A stretch of 54,734 nucleotides of DNA from Chiloscyllium plagiosum (Eukaryota). Each line of letters starts with the position of its first letter. Positions within the stretch are counted from its first letter, which is position 1. The notes beneath the pieces are model-generated. The model was not told the origin of the DNA. It was given only the letters and a program-made list of their open reading frames with translations, and did no database searches. Below are positions 1 through 13,175 of the stretch, piece by piece. The stretch lies in contig NC_057749.1 of the NCBI RefSeq assembly GCF_004010195.1, positions 12,093,282 through 12,148,015 of the forward strand. Direction: 5' to 3'. Position numbers and translations under genes: made by a program.

Positions 1-922
1 TCTATAGACAGACAGACACTCACACATACAGTGTACACTGCCACAGACACCCTCTCACAGACTTATACCCCTTTACACTCACACACTCATAACCACCTCC
101 CCCTGTCCCACGCACACACCCACATGCACATATACATATTTAAGTTTGTGGGGTGAATTTGTATTTTAAGAACTAAATTTTACTTTGCTGAAAAACCGCA
201 TGAATCCATGTAAGATTCTATACATTTTTTGGATGAGAATCAGTCTGACAATTGGTGGCACAGACAAGCTCACACAGGGAAACTCACACCTTTAATACAT
301 TATCTGGGCCGACATGACACCAATTGTTAAAGTTCACTTGAAAATGTAACTTCTAAAAAAGACATTTTGCAATTTACATATTAAAGAACTGAAACCGACA
401 TGATCATTCTAAAAGATGAGAGACTTAACAAACAACCCAGGTCTTTTTCAATATATAATTTCAGTTACATCACACTATAAACTTTTGCGGCACAGTGGCT
501 CAGTGGTTAGCACTGCTGCCTTGCAGCGCCAGGGACACCGGTTCGATTCCAGCCTCGGGCGACTGTTTGCGTGGAGTTTGCATGTTTACCCTGTGCCTGC
601 GTGGGTTTCCTCCAGGTGCTCCAGTTTCCTCCCACAGTCCAAAGATGTGTTGGTCAGGTGAATTGGCCATGCTAAATTGTCCATAGTGATAAGTGCATTA
701 GTAGGCAGTAGGTGCGTGGGTTACTCTGAGGGTTGGTGTAGACTTGTTGGGCCAAAGGGCCTGTTTCCGCACTATAGGAAACTAGTCTAATCTAAAAAAA
801 CCTCCGAGTCTTATAGTCTTATTCTCCACAGCCACCTGATGGAGGAGCAGTGCTCTGAAAGCTAGTGCTTCCAAATAAACTTGTTGGACTATAACCTGGT
901 GCTGTGAGATTTTTAACTTTGT
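1..922 (+). mobile_element. 3' non-coding part of a probable Penelope-like repeat, split by a SINE
   Basis: CA-rich low-complexity start. Ends with a hammerhead-like motif CAC-CTGATGG-A-GGAGC-AGT-GCTCT-GAAAGCTA-GTG (833-867) followed by AATAAA. Confidence 0.5.
488..800 (+). mobile_element. HE1-type tRNA-derived V-SINE
   Basis: Pol III A box TGGCTCAGTGG (~497) and B box GGTTCGATTCC (~540); V-domain-like gtggagtttgcatgtt...cctcccacagtccaaagatgtg; CR1/HER1-like tail gggccaaagggcctgtttcc...tctaatctaa. Confidence 0.85.
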
Positions 923-924
923 CG

Positions 925-2404
925 ATAGGAGTTCTTGAAGAATTGTGACTCTTCATAACAGCAGCTTCTTCTGAGCAAGGATCTCCCATGCAATAACATC
1001 GGTGTTGGATTTCCCAAGAGAAGCCTTCAAAGAGACATTGAAAAGCTTTTGTTCTTCTCCAATTTGAGCGTGTCCCTTGAGCTGAGCAAAGATGATTTGC
1101 TTTGGCAGTCGGAACTCAAGCATCATAAGTACACGGCCAACTCAAAAGAGTTGGTTTTGGATGATCACAGCCTCGATCCTGGTACTGTTAGCTATTTCAA
1201 GGACAATCATGTTAGTATGCTTATCCTCTCAGCTGATGCAGAGAACCCATTTCAAACAGCTTTGGTGGTATTTCTCAAAAGATCTTGAGCTGGAATTTTT
1301 ATGTAACCAAAGTCTCGGGGCCATACAGAAGAGTCAAAGGATGACTGCCTGGAAAAAGGATCCTGGTATCAGCACAGATGTCACAGTCAAAGACTCTCAT
1401 TCTTGGGAGACTGAAGGCAGTGCTCACAGGTTGGATGTGATGTTGAATCTCAGCATCAATGTGAGCCTCAACCAAAAAGTAGCTTCCCAGGTAGGGGAAT
1501 TGCTCCATGTTTGGCAGGATTTCTCCATTCATCTTAAATAGAGGGACGGACTGGAAGTTGACCTGGGCTGGATTATTTAGGATTTGACTTCTTTGAGTTC
1601 AGACAGAAGCCAGTTCTCCAGTGTGTTGCTGCATAGGCATTAAGCAAGGCTTGAAGATTCTCTTCCAAGAGAACAGAGATGACATTGTTATCTACATACA
1701 GAAGTTTCACAAGCGAGGCCATGTCATTTTCCTCTTAGATTTCAGCCGGTTCAGTCCAAGATCATCTCTAATGGGGAGTTGGAGGATTTCATCAAATACG
1801 TTCTCGCCGACTATTGCAATTTGGTTTAAGAGTTCTTTGAAATATTGTCTCCATTGCAGGCTGACATTTTCTCAGTCTGTCTCTCAAAAGGATGCCAAGC
1901 TTCGTCTATATTGGTTTGAGGCCAAGGGTGTTGAGTCTGTACATCACCTTGGTGGCGCTGAGGAAACACCAGGTGTCATGCTCGTCAGCAAGGACTTGCA
2001 GCTCCTTAGTTTTGTCAGTTTACCATTGGTTCTTGATTTGCCTAGTCCTTCTTTGTAACTCCGCCTTTGCAGCTGATGAATTCTCCTCTTTGCCTTGATG
2101 TTACTTTTTGCCTTCTTATTGTTGATGAGGTCTTAGATGACATGGTCATTGTCAATGAACCAGTCTGTGTGTTTCCTGGTCTTGTAGCTCATGGTTTTTT
2201 CACAACATGAGAAGATCTTCAGCTCTTTCCAGATTTGCTCCACTCCATTAAAATGAATGCTTTGGAGATTTGGTGAAAATATTTTGAAGTTTGCTAATTT
2301 GCTCGACTTTTGAAGCAGCTGAATGTTGCGCTTTTTCTGAACTGTTTCTTAGGCTTCAGCTGCTTCTCTTTTTCTGGATTAAAACCTTTAAAAGATATCT
2401 GGCC
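925..2404 (-). mobile_element. Decayed RTE-clade LINE
   Basis: Minus-strand peptides DWFIDND..I.DLINNK, LQWRQYFKELLN and NGEILPNMEQFPYLGSY..AHIDAEIQHHIQ resemble RTE ORF segments; many stops and deletions. Confidence 0.75.
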
Positions 2405-5400
2405 GGGGAGATTCAAGATGGCAGCGACCCAACAAGTCTGAGTCTGTAGTGCTCTGCCTAAGACTTGGGCAAAGTGGGGCACCTGCCTTCACCTCACCCT
2501 TTAAATCATTTAAGATAGCTTTTACTCAGCGTAGTCAGTCATTTTACATGGATAGTTTGGTATTGTTTCTAAAATGACTAAGGGCAAAAACTCTCGCAGC
2601 TCGCAACAGGCAGGGACCCCTCCCCAACCCCCTCTCGCAGCAGCAGTGACTTCCGCGGCCGCCTCGGGGGACTTACCTGCGGAGGCGACCCTGCTTTCTG
2701 GGATCACCAAACTTCAAGAGAAGATAGACGCTTTTATTGAGGAGTCCCAGTCCAGGTGGGAGTCAATCTCAGTCATGCTGCAGAAGCACGACTGAGAAAT
2801 CGAAAAACTTGAACAACGCATTGGAGGGTTGGAGCGATGGGTCACGGCCTCGGAGACTGCTGCCGAGTCGCCCGTAGGTCAGGCCCGGGCTCTGATGCGG
2901 TGAACCCAGACCCTGGAGGAGCGCATTAATGACCTCGATAATCGGGGCCAATGGAAAAATATTTGGTTGCTGGGCCTTCCCGAACGGGAAGAGGAAGGCC
3001 AGCTTGTAGACTTTTTGGAGCGATGGCTCCCACAATTATTGAAGTTGGAGTTGGCACCGGGCCGGGTGCAGATGGAGTGGGCCCACTGGGTTGCTATATG
3101 CAGGCCCAGGTCAGACCAGCGCCCCCGCCCGGTTCTAATCCAACTCCAATATTATAGAGAAAAACAAATTCTCCTGGAAGCCTCCAAGTCCTGGGGAAGG
3201 ATCCCCAGGCCATGATGCACAAAGGTTCCAGAATAATGTTATTCCAGGGCTTCTCACCAGCCACGGTCTGCAAGAGGAGGTCATTCGATGAGGTGAAGAA
3301 GCGTCTGAGAGACCTAAATATCCAATACTCCATGCACTATCCAGCAGCGCTGCGCTTCAGCCATGAAGGAATCATTTACAACTTTGGGTTGTCGGAAAAA
3401 GCAAAAGAATTCTTGGACTCTCTTAAATAGATTGCGGGACTCGAACCGTATGGATAACGACTTTATTTTGACCCCCCCCTTTGTTTACCCCGCTTTTTAT
3501 TTCTTTCAACCTTCTTCCACTTATCTTTCCCTGGGGGTGGGGGTGTGGGGGCTTGTTCCTTACTTTTCCTTTTTATAGTTCGCCTGGCTTACTCGATTTG
3601 TGGGAGAGGAGGGTTTGTTTTGTCTTGCCCTTTTCTTAAGAACGGGGGTTTTCCTCTTTTCTCGTTTTACTTAGTTGCCTAATACTCGCCGGGATTGTAA
3701 TTTTGTAATTTTATATATTCCTATTTTGTACTGTGTTTGCTAAACGCACCCAGGTGTTGGTGTGGGGGGGCGGGGTGGGTTACTCACTTATAACTCTGGT
3801 TTCATAAAATACTTGAATTTGTATATTCCATTCTATAATGCCTGGGCCAAGGGCAGGCCCCTAGTTAGGAGAGGTTATGGTGGGGTTATCGATAGGTAGT
3901 TATGCCCTCTGGGAGCAAGGGGGAAAAGTGTCCTTTCAAATATGTTTGCGTTGTTTTTTTTAAACTTAGGAATAGCTTTTAATTGTGTTGGTTTAAATGT
4001 TTTAAAGAATTTTTGTATTTGTGAATTCCCTATGGTCTTTATTCAAGGTTTTCTGAGTGGGGTTCTTCCTCTTGGGGGGTCTCACGCTTGCCTGGACGAT
4101 TATGGCTAGCCATTCGCTTAGGTGGTGCACTTGGAATGTCAAGGGGAGTAATTCACCAATCAAAAGGAAAAATATATTATCAAGTCTCAAAAAAGAAAGG
4201 GTCGCTATAGCTCTCTTACAGAAGACACATCTACTTGACAAAGAACATTTAAAGCTACAACAGGGTGGATTTGATCAGGCTTTTTCTCATCTTTCAGTTC
4301 AAAAGGTAGGGGAGTAGCCATTCTTATTTAGAAGAATCTTCCTTTCCAAATGTTAAGCCAGATAAAAGATGAGCCTGGACGGTATATAGTGATCAAAGCT
4401 CTGATACATGGAGAGGAATATGGAATTTTGAATCTTCACTTCCCCCCCCCCCCCCGGCACATCCCTTTAAATTCCCTAAGTTGACAGCTTTTGGAGTCTG
4501 CCATACAGTTAAAATCTCCTCATATAATTGTATTATGGACCCAGAGACAGATAGGATACCTTAGAGCACTACGGGTATATCTCAGAGATCTGGACAACTG
4601 GTGGATCTGAATAAGGAGATGTATGGAGGTGCCTAAGACTTAGGCGCTGGTCTGACCCGGGCCTGCATATAGGACTAGTAGATGTATGGAGGTGCCTTCA
4701 CCCCCAGGGTAGAGACTTTACTTTCTACTCTAACCCACATAAATGCCATACCAGAATTGATATTTTTTGCCCCCTTGACCCTTTTGAATTCCATATAAAT
4801 TTGTAAAATAGGTAATATAGCTATTTCTGATCATGTCGTAGTATATATGGAAGTCAAGATTAGGGATGGTGGGATAGGCCCCCCTGACATTGGCATAAGA
4901 ATTCCTTTTTACTGAAGTATAGCAAATTTATAAAGTATTTTTTGCAAGAATTCAAAACCTTCTGGGAAATTAATTCCGATACAGCCAGTAACCCATCGAT
5001 GATGTGGGAGACCAATAAGACATATGTGCGAGGCTTGGTCAACTCATTCTGCAATATGGAAAAGACAAAAGGGAGAGCAACAGCGCCTGCTCAAGGCTCG
5101 CTTAAAGGCAGCTGAGACAGCGTATCTTAACAGGCCTTCCATTACTAAGCTACAAAGGGTCACAGCCCTTAGGGCAGCCTTGAATACCGCGCTTACCCAA
5201 ACAAACAGCAAAGAGGGAAATATTATTCGCAAAGCAGAGATTATTTGAATATGGCGACAAGCCTGGCAGATACCTAGCATATCTTACTAGAAAGAAAAAG
5301 GCTCCTCAAGCCATTGCGTCCATTAGAGAAAGTGCTGGTACTTTGACTTGTGATCGTAAAAACATCAATACAGCCTTTAGAAAGTTCTATTTTCAACTGT

Positions 5401-6060
5401 ATAAATCACAGGACTGTGAGGGTAGAACTGAGAAGATGGAATCCTTCTTTAAACATTTGGCCCTCCCGGGCTTAACCTCAGAGCAGGTGTCAATCTTTAA
5501 TGCCCCCCTGACAACCCAGGAAGTACTCGACGCGGTTAGGCAGCTTCAGAGTGGCAAAGCGCCTGGACCAGACGGATTCTAGATTGAGTTCTATAAAGAA
5601 TTTATAGGGGAACTGGCCGGGCCATTCACAAATATGTATAATTATTCACATAGTCATGGCTGCCTCCTGCCTTCGTTGAGAGAAGCAAACATCTCTCTTA
5701 TTCTTAAAAAGGAAAAGGCCCCAGAAGATTGCTTATCATATAGACCCATATCCTGACTAAATGTGGATTTCAAAATTCTTTCTAAAATGTTAGCATTAAG
5801 ATTGGAGACAGTCTTACCACATATCATAAAAGAGGACCAGACGGGGTTTATAAAGGGCCGCAGGTCAACTAATAATATTAGAAGGGTCTTAAATATGATA
5901 CAAGCTTGTCAATAGGGAACAATACCAGGTTTAGCCATCTCCTTGGACGCAGAAAAGGCATTTGATCGGGTAGAATGGTCATATCTTTTGTATATATTGG
6001 AAAAGTTTGGCATACTTAGGTATTTTAATCACCCCAGTATTTGGTCAGCTGTATAAAGCT

Positions 6061-6490
6061 AACTTTATACAAGGACTGCACAAAACACTACATAGGACAA
6101 ACAGGAAGACAGCTAACGATCTGTATCCATGAACACCAACTAGCCATGAAAGACACGACCAGCTATCCTTAGTAGCCACACACACAGATAACAAGCAACA
6201 TGAGTTCGACTGGGACAACACTACTATTATAGGACAAGCCAAACAGAGAACAGCCAGGGAATTCCTAAAGGCTTGGCACTCATCCACAGATTCTATCAAC
6301 AAACACATCGACCTGGACCCAATATACCAGCCACTGCAGCGGAAGCGGCAGAGACAAACCACTATAAATGCCGGAGGAAACAACACAGAAGCGCTTCACA
6401 GGAGGCTCCCAAGCACTGAGGATGTCACCTAAACAGGGGATGAAACGTCTGCAACACAAATTCCCAGCTTGGCGAACAGAACCACAACAA
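6061..6490 (+). mobile_element. Penelope-like element 3' fragment (GIY-YIG end plus terminal repeat) inside L1 ORF2
   Basis: KDCTKHYIGQTGRQL...EFDWDNTTIIGQAK..REFL.AWHS; same family as 18907-20034. Confidence 0.88.
6413..6452 (+). ncRNA. Minimal type-I hammerhead ribozyme motif (PLE-associated)
   Basis: GCA-CTGAGGA-T-GTCACCT-AAAC-AGGGGAT-GAAACGTC-TGC; stem I GCA/UGC, predicted GUC cleavage triplet. Confidence 0.7.
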
Positions 6491-7295
6491 GGAAAAATAT
6501 TTTAGTGAATTGGGTAGCTGAAGGCCCTCCAGGACTTTCAAACTGGCACAAGTTAGTCATGGAATATATCCCCCTTGACTTCCTCACAAATATGGTGCAC
6601 CAAAAATCGGAATTATTCTATAAAACACGGCAGCCCTTTTTGAACTACATCGACACAGATATTTCGGCATATTGTCCAGGGCTTTTGACTGGCTGTGGTA
6701 ATGGTTCTGGCTGGTTCAGGGACCCTCAGGAGGAGGAATCCCGTATAAATACGGGTTTTATGATGACTTGATGTAAATCTATTTTGAGCATGTATCTAGT
6801 TATTTAATTATTTCGTTGTTTATCGCTAGCAATGTATGATATTCTATTTTATGTTTTGGTTGTTTGTAGGATAGATTAGTAGTTAGTTGGGCTTTTCTTT
6901 CTTATTTGGTTATTATTTATTCTTTCTTATTTATTTATTTAATGTTACATTGATGTTTATACTTGTTGGTATTACTTTAAAATTTTGTAAAAAATCTTAA
7001 AAATTTTCTTTTTTCAAAAAAAACCTATATTAAAAAAAATCTGGCCAAACAACGTCTTTGCAAAGTACACAGCTTTACTGCTTCAACATCTACAGAGAAA
7101 TAAATGAGAAATTTGAATACAGAGGCCAATTACTTCATTGCTCTTGCTCTTCGAACCGAAGCAAATTGTTCCATGAAATGGTTGGTGGCTGTGTTAGAAA
7201 AGTGCAAGTCATATTTGAAATTTATAAAGTCTACTAGTAGATGGCAACAGATGCTACATTATTCTACATTGATGGACAGACTGTAACTGGATTCA

Positions 7296-7428
7296 TTGAG
7301 GAGAAAGTGAGGTCTGCAGATGCTGGAGATCAGAGATGGAAATGTGTTGCTGGAAAAACGCAGCAGGTCAGGCAGCATCTAGGGAACAGGAGAATCGACG
7401 TTTCGGGCATTAGCCCTTCTTCAGGAAT
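7296..7428 (-). mobile_element. Short hammerhead-bearing PLE-derived insertion
   Basis: TSD CTGGATTCA at 7287-7295 and 7429-7437; about 4 differences from the copy at 19172-19295. Confidence 0.85.
7393..7428 (-). ncRNA. Minimal hammerhead ribozyme motif, intact core
   Basis: Minus strand: ATTC-CTGAAGA-A-GGGC-TAAT-GCCC-GAAACGTC-GATT. Confidence 0.72.
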
Positions 7429-8374
7429 CTGGATTCAGAAAGTCCTGCCCTGGTGAAGGTTTTCAGCATTTTAACTTTTTATGACTCAAACTGGAGCTTG
7501 ACAGAAATTTTCATTAAAACATGTTCGATCTTCTACATTTAAAAACAACAGAATAAATCGATAGATATTGTAAATGTTTTGTTTTTACATGAACAACACT
7601 ACAAAATAGCAATTTATCCACATCAAAAGCCAGGTTTAAAGTGGCTGTTTGCCACTTTTGTTCCTTCTCAATGGTTGGGTCTCTTCTTTACTAATTGGCT
7701 ATTTTCCCCTTTCATTATGCCAATTATTATACTTAAAGCTTCTTACCTCAATTTCAGATCATGAAAAGAATATAATCAACCTGTGTCAAAAAGAATTTGC
7801 CCATTACAATGTAACAGAACTGTTTGCTTTTGCAATACATCTGCCATGACAGTCCTTTATTTAAGCTTAAAGCCAAAGGAAGATAATTGACAATAGCTTT
7901 GCTTTAAATGTTGCAACTTTGAGGTGAGTGGATCGTATATCACTTGGAAAGAGTGGAACAAACCTGCATCATGATATTTAAACACCTCTGGGGTGCTTAA
8001 ACTTGATATAAGAGTTTCTGCTGCATTCTGGTCCTGCAATCTTCATATTTGTCCCCTCCCTTGCCCAACCCAGGCTCCTCTGCACTACTGCCTGGGTTTA
8101 TAATGCCAAGACACCAACACTATCCTGCTCAACACTTCTCTCCTCTGCGCTGTCATTGTGAGCCAAGGCTCTGGAGATGAGCATCAAGAAACAAAGAGCA
8201 ACTTTGAATGGCCATCCAGAGAAAACATCAATTCTAACAACCCCAGATTGGCACTTCTGCACCATTCAGACCTGTACTTTCAGAAACCCTGAAACTGCTG
8301 GCTTCTAATTCAATCTGACCCTGATGTCCAGCCTCTTATGGCATCTGGCTCTTGAGCAGTTACACATGTTCAGA

Positions 8375-11300
8375 AGAGAGAACCAGTGAGTGAGAGTCAG
8401 GGAGTAGTGTGGCACTAGTAAAAACACAGCACATCAAGCAGCATCCAAGGAGCAAGAGAGTCAATGTTTCGGGCGGAGAAAATAGGGCCTGTCCTTTGGC
8501 CCTTGATGCTGCGCCGATCTGTGAAACCAATCTAAAGCTCATCTAAACTACACTATTCCATTATCATTCATATTTATCCAGTGACCATTTAAATGCCCTT
8601 AAAGTTGGCGTGTCCACTACTGTTGCAGGCAGAGCATTCCAAGCTCTTACTACTCTGAGTAAAGAACCTACCTCTGGTATCTATCCAATATCTGTCACCC
8701 CTCAATTTATAGCTACGTGCCATTGTGCTAGCCATTACCGTCCAAGGAAAAAGGCTCTCACTGTCCACCCTATCTAATCCTCTGATCATCTTATACGTCT
8801 CTATTAAATCATCTCTTAACCTTCTTCTAACGAAAGCAACTTCAAGTCCCTCTGCCTTTCCTCAAAACTCCTCCCCCTACATACCAGGCATTATCCTGTT
8901 AAATCTCCTCTGCACCCTTTTCAACGCTTCCACATTCTTCCTATAATGCAGCGACCAAAACTGTATGCAATGCTCAAGTGCGGCCGCACCTGCACTGCAA
9001 CATGACTTCATGGCTATGAAACTCAGTCCCTCTACTAATAAAAGTTAACACACCATATGCTTTCTAAACAATCCTATCAACCTGGTGGCACCTTTCGGGG
9101 ATCTATGCACATGGACAGAGATATCGCTGCTCATCCACACTATCAAGAATTTTACCATTAGCCCAGTACTCTGCATTCCTTCCAAAGTGAATCACCTCAC
9201 ACTTTTCCGCATTAAACTCCATTTGCCACCTCTCAGTTCAACTCTGCAGCTTATCTATGTCCCTCTATAACCTGCAACATCCTTCCGCACTGTCCACAAC
9301 TGCACTCATCCAGGTCACTTATAAAAATGACAAACAGCAGTCACCCCAAAACAGATCCTTGCGGTACACCACTGGTAACTGAACTCCAGGATGAACATTT
9401 CCCATCAACCACCACCCTCTGCCTTCTTTCAGCTCACCAATTTCTGATCCAAACCACTAAATCACCTTTAATCCCATGCCTCTGTATTTTCTACAATAGC
9501 CTACGACGGGGAACCTTATCAAACGCTTTATTGAAATCCATACATACATTAACTGCTTTACCCTCATCCACCTGTTTGGTCACCTTCTCAAAGAACTCAG
9601 TAAAGTTAGTGAGGCACCTTTTTGTGACCTACCTTTCATAAAAACATGTTGATTATCCCCAAACCAAATTATTCACTTCGAGAGGAGTATAAATCCTCTC
9701 CCTTATAATCCTTTCCAAAACTTTGCCCACAACAGAAGCAAGGCTTCTGGTCTTTCATTACCAGGGTTGTCTCTATTCCCCTCCTGAACAAGGGGTCAAC
9801 ATTTGCTATCCTCCAATCTTCTGGCACTATTCCAGTGGACAATGATTACATAAAGATCAAAGCCAAAGGCTCTGCAATCTCCTCCCTGGCTTTCCAGAGA
9901 ATCCAAGGATAAATCCCACCCGGCCCAGGGGACTTATCTATTTTCACACTTTCCAGAATTGTTAATACCTCCTCCTTATGAACTTTAATCCCATCTAGTC
10001 AAATAGCGTGCATCTCAGTATTCTCCTCAACAACATTGTCTTTTTCCTTTGTGAATACTGACGAAAAATATTCATTTAGCACCTCTCTTATCTCTTCGTA
10101 CACCATGCACAATTTTCCACTACTGTCCTTGACCAGCCCTAATCTTACTCTAGTCATTCTTTTATTCTTGACATAACTAAAGAAAGCTTTAGGGTTTTCC
10201 TTTATCCTACCTGCCAATGACTTCTCATGTCCCCTCCTGGCTCTTGTTAGCTCTCCCTTTAGGTTCTTCCTAGTTAACTTGTAGCTCTCAAGCACCCTAA
10301 CTGAGCTTTCACGTCTCATCTTTACACATGCCTCCTTCTTCCTTTTGACAAAAGATTCAACTTCTTTAGTAAACTACGGCTCCCTCGCTCGACCACTTAC
10401 TCCCTGCCTGACAGGTACATACTTATCAAGGACAAGCAGTAGCTGTTCCTTGAACAAGTTCCACATTTCAATTGTGCCCATCCCCAGTAGTTTCCTTCCC
10501 CATCCTATGCATCCTAAATCTTGCCTAATCGCATCATACTTTCCTTTCCCCCAGCTATAACTCTTGCCCTGTGGTACATACCTATCCCTTTCCATTGCTA
10601 AAAGTAAACCTACTCAAATTGTAGTCACGATCACCAAAGTGCTTACCTACCTCCAAATCTAACACCTGACCTGGTTCATTACCCAGTACCAAATCCAATG
10701 TGGCCTCGCCCCTTGTCTACATACTGTGTCAGGAAACCATCCTGTACACATTAAAAAACTGACCCATCTAAATTACTTAAACTATAGTGTTTCCAGTCAA
10801 TATTTACAAAGTTAAAGTCCCCCTAAACAAATACCCTGTTACTTTCGCTCCTTTCCAGAATCATCTTTACAATCCTTCTGTCTATATATCTGGAAGTTTT
10901 CAAAGGCTATAGAAAACACCCAAAACGGTGATCTCTCCTTTCCTGTTTCTAACCTCAGCTCGTACTACCTCAGTAGACGAGACCTCATCAAACATCCTTT
11001 CTGCCATCGTAATACTGACCTTGATGAGCAATGCCACACCTCCCCCTCTTTTTACCACTTTCCCTGATCTTACTGAAACATCGAAATCCCAGAACCTGCA
11101 ACAACCATTCCTGTCCCTGCTATATCCAGGTCATAACACATAAGCCCTTCATCAGCAATGTGAAGGCAGAAGGAGGCTGAGAGATAAATAAGGGGGTGGG
11201 AACGCCCCATCTTTGCCTCAGGACCCTAGAACCACACGGTATCAATACTGACTTCACCAGTTTCCAATCTCCCAACCCCTCCCCTGCCTTATTCCGAACC

Positions 11301-11545
11301 AAATCCTACAGCTCATCACCACCCTCTTGACCTGACCTCCCTGTCCATCTTCCTTCCCACCTGCCCATTCCACCCTTCCCACTGACCTATCACAATCAGC
11401 TCCCGTCCTTGCGCCCCCCACCCCACATTCTGGATGCTCAAAACATCGACCCTCCTGCTCCTTGGATGCTGCCTGATCTGCTGTGCTCTTTCCAGTGCCA
11501 CATTTTCAACTCTGACTCTCCAGCATCTGCAGTCCTCACATTTTC
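8375..11545. mobile_element. Fold-back PLE-derived repeat (8375-8474 plus 11139-11545) split by the CR1
   Basis: Left half ends gtttcgggc and right half resumes ataagcccttcatcag; the inverted terminus ccttggatgctgcctga...ctccagcatctgcag is at 11460-11545. Confidence 0.7.
8476..11135 (-). mobile_element. CR1 (HER1-like) LINE, ORF2 APE-RT remnant with 3' tail
   Basis: Minus-strand peptides IKENPKAFFSYVKNK, KSPGPGG and IRGLDRVDSESLFP; conserved tail gggccaaaggac at ~8490. Confidence 0.9.
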
Positions 11546-12525
11546 ATATTCAGGGAGTAGGTGGATCGGCAAAAGAAGGGTTAAGGATGAGGGCAGTCTA
11601 CTTCAAAATGGCAGTAATCAGGTCACACACTGGTGAGAAACTGCATTTTATCTCATGATGTTAAACAAGATTACAGATCCTATGAACTTACCGAAGATAA
11701 TGTAAAACAATGTTAAAAGGGGCAACCTAAAACAGGTACTTACGGCAATATATAATTTAGATATCTATGCAAAGAAATAATCCTATTCTACAGCTTGTGC
11801 CCAGACAACTGAAACAATATAACCAGAAAAGGAAATGTAGAAGCAACTGATCGATCAAGAACAAATGCAACTCGAGTTGTTCCAGAGAATAGGACAGTAT
11901 AGAAAAAAAGAAAATAAATAGGAACACTGGAAAACAGTGGACAAATCGAAGGTATTACAAATGTACAAGATTTCCATCAATATCTGGACAAAGATAACCA
12001 TCTCTTCTCATTCACATACTGCCATTTCCAATATTTCCTGTTTTAGTAAAAAAAAAAGTGACACACTGAGATGGCTCTGCAAAGTATGACTATTATTTCG
12101 TAATCATTTCAGCACTTTGTTCTTTCAGTTCATGTCACTTGTCACTTGAAACATTTTAGTACCCAGTACAGATTTATAATGCCCTTCCATTATTATCTGT
12201 ACTTAAAACACATTCTCCACAAATATAAGATAAGTTTTCATCTTTCCTCTGAATGCAAAACTCTTGCTGCAGTTGTAACTCAATCATCTCTTAGAGGTAA
12301 GAGTGCTACCACTCAGTTAAACTAAACTGCAACAATATTGAATCACATCAGTTGGCTAGAATTTTTACCTACTCATTTTTATAAGGACATTAATTGGTAG
12401 CATTGAGTAATTGAGTATCATCTTGTTCAGTCCAAGGTGGTGTTCAACAAACAGCTTCCTTGAAATTTTAATGTTATTTTTAAAGTGAAAAGTTTGTTTG
12501 AATATCTTTTAACTTGTACATATCA

Positions 12526-12780
<255 letters not shown>

Positions 12781-12974
12781 TCAACTGTTACAGCAGAGCC
12801 ATTTCAGAACTAAAGATTGACTTTAATGCTTCAGAAGGGCTTTACTTCACAGCCGTCTGATGGAGGATTCTACTTCAAATCCTAACTATTCTTATTTAGG
12901 TACTGACTGGACTGCTATGGATATAGAGCATTTTCTGTGATATCAGATTGTTGTTAGCTGAAACACTGACCACG

Positions 12975-13175
12975 TCGACAAGTAGGACGCTGTAAGAACA
13001 CAGCAAGAACACAGCAAGCCAGGCAGCAACAGGAGGTAGAGAAGTCCGACTTTTCAGAAATGAAGATGGATTATATCATTGGCGTTGGAGTTCTCTACCT
13101 CCTGATTGCGGTGTTCTTCCAGCCTCCTGCTTGTCTATTTTGGATTCCAGCATCTGCAGGTTTTTTTTGTCTCTA
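12975..13175. repeat. Short fold-back repeat related to PLE termini
   Basis: Inverted arms (aggaggtagagaagtcc / ggagttctctacctcctg; aagaacac / gtgttctt), ending ttccagcatctgcag. Confidence 0.5.

Larger units (their letters stand above)
2405..7038 (+). mobile_element. Near-full-length, disabled L1 retrotransposon with internal deletion
   Basis: 5' GGGGAGATTCAAGATGGC; ORF1 remnants ~2573-3430 (LGLPEREE, RPRPVLI, YSMHYPAALR); ORF2 ATG 4102 with APE start WCTWNVKGSNSPIKRK; RT motifs [32 protein letters not shown]-rich 3' UTR; A-rich tail; TSD ATCTGGCC at 2397-2404 and 7039-7046. Confidence 0.92.

Noticed and set aside
488..560. tRNA gene
   Set aside because: The A/B boxes continue into SINE body and tail sequence; related copies at 26250 and 50046.
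7748..7781. Possible minus-strand exon (cag|GTTGAT...TTGAG|gtaaga)
   Set aside because: About 34 nt, and it does not encode the expected next OTUD7A segment (AVIPLTD-like). That exon was not found and probably lies left of the window.
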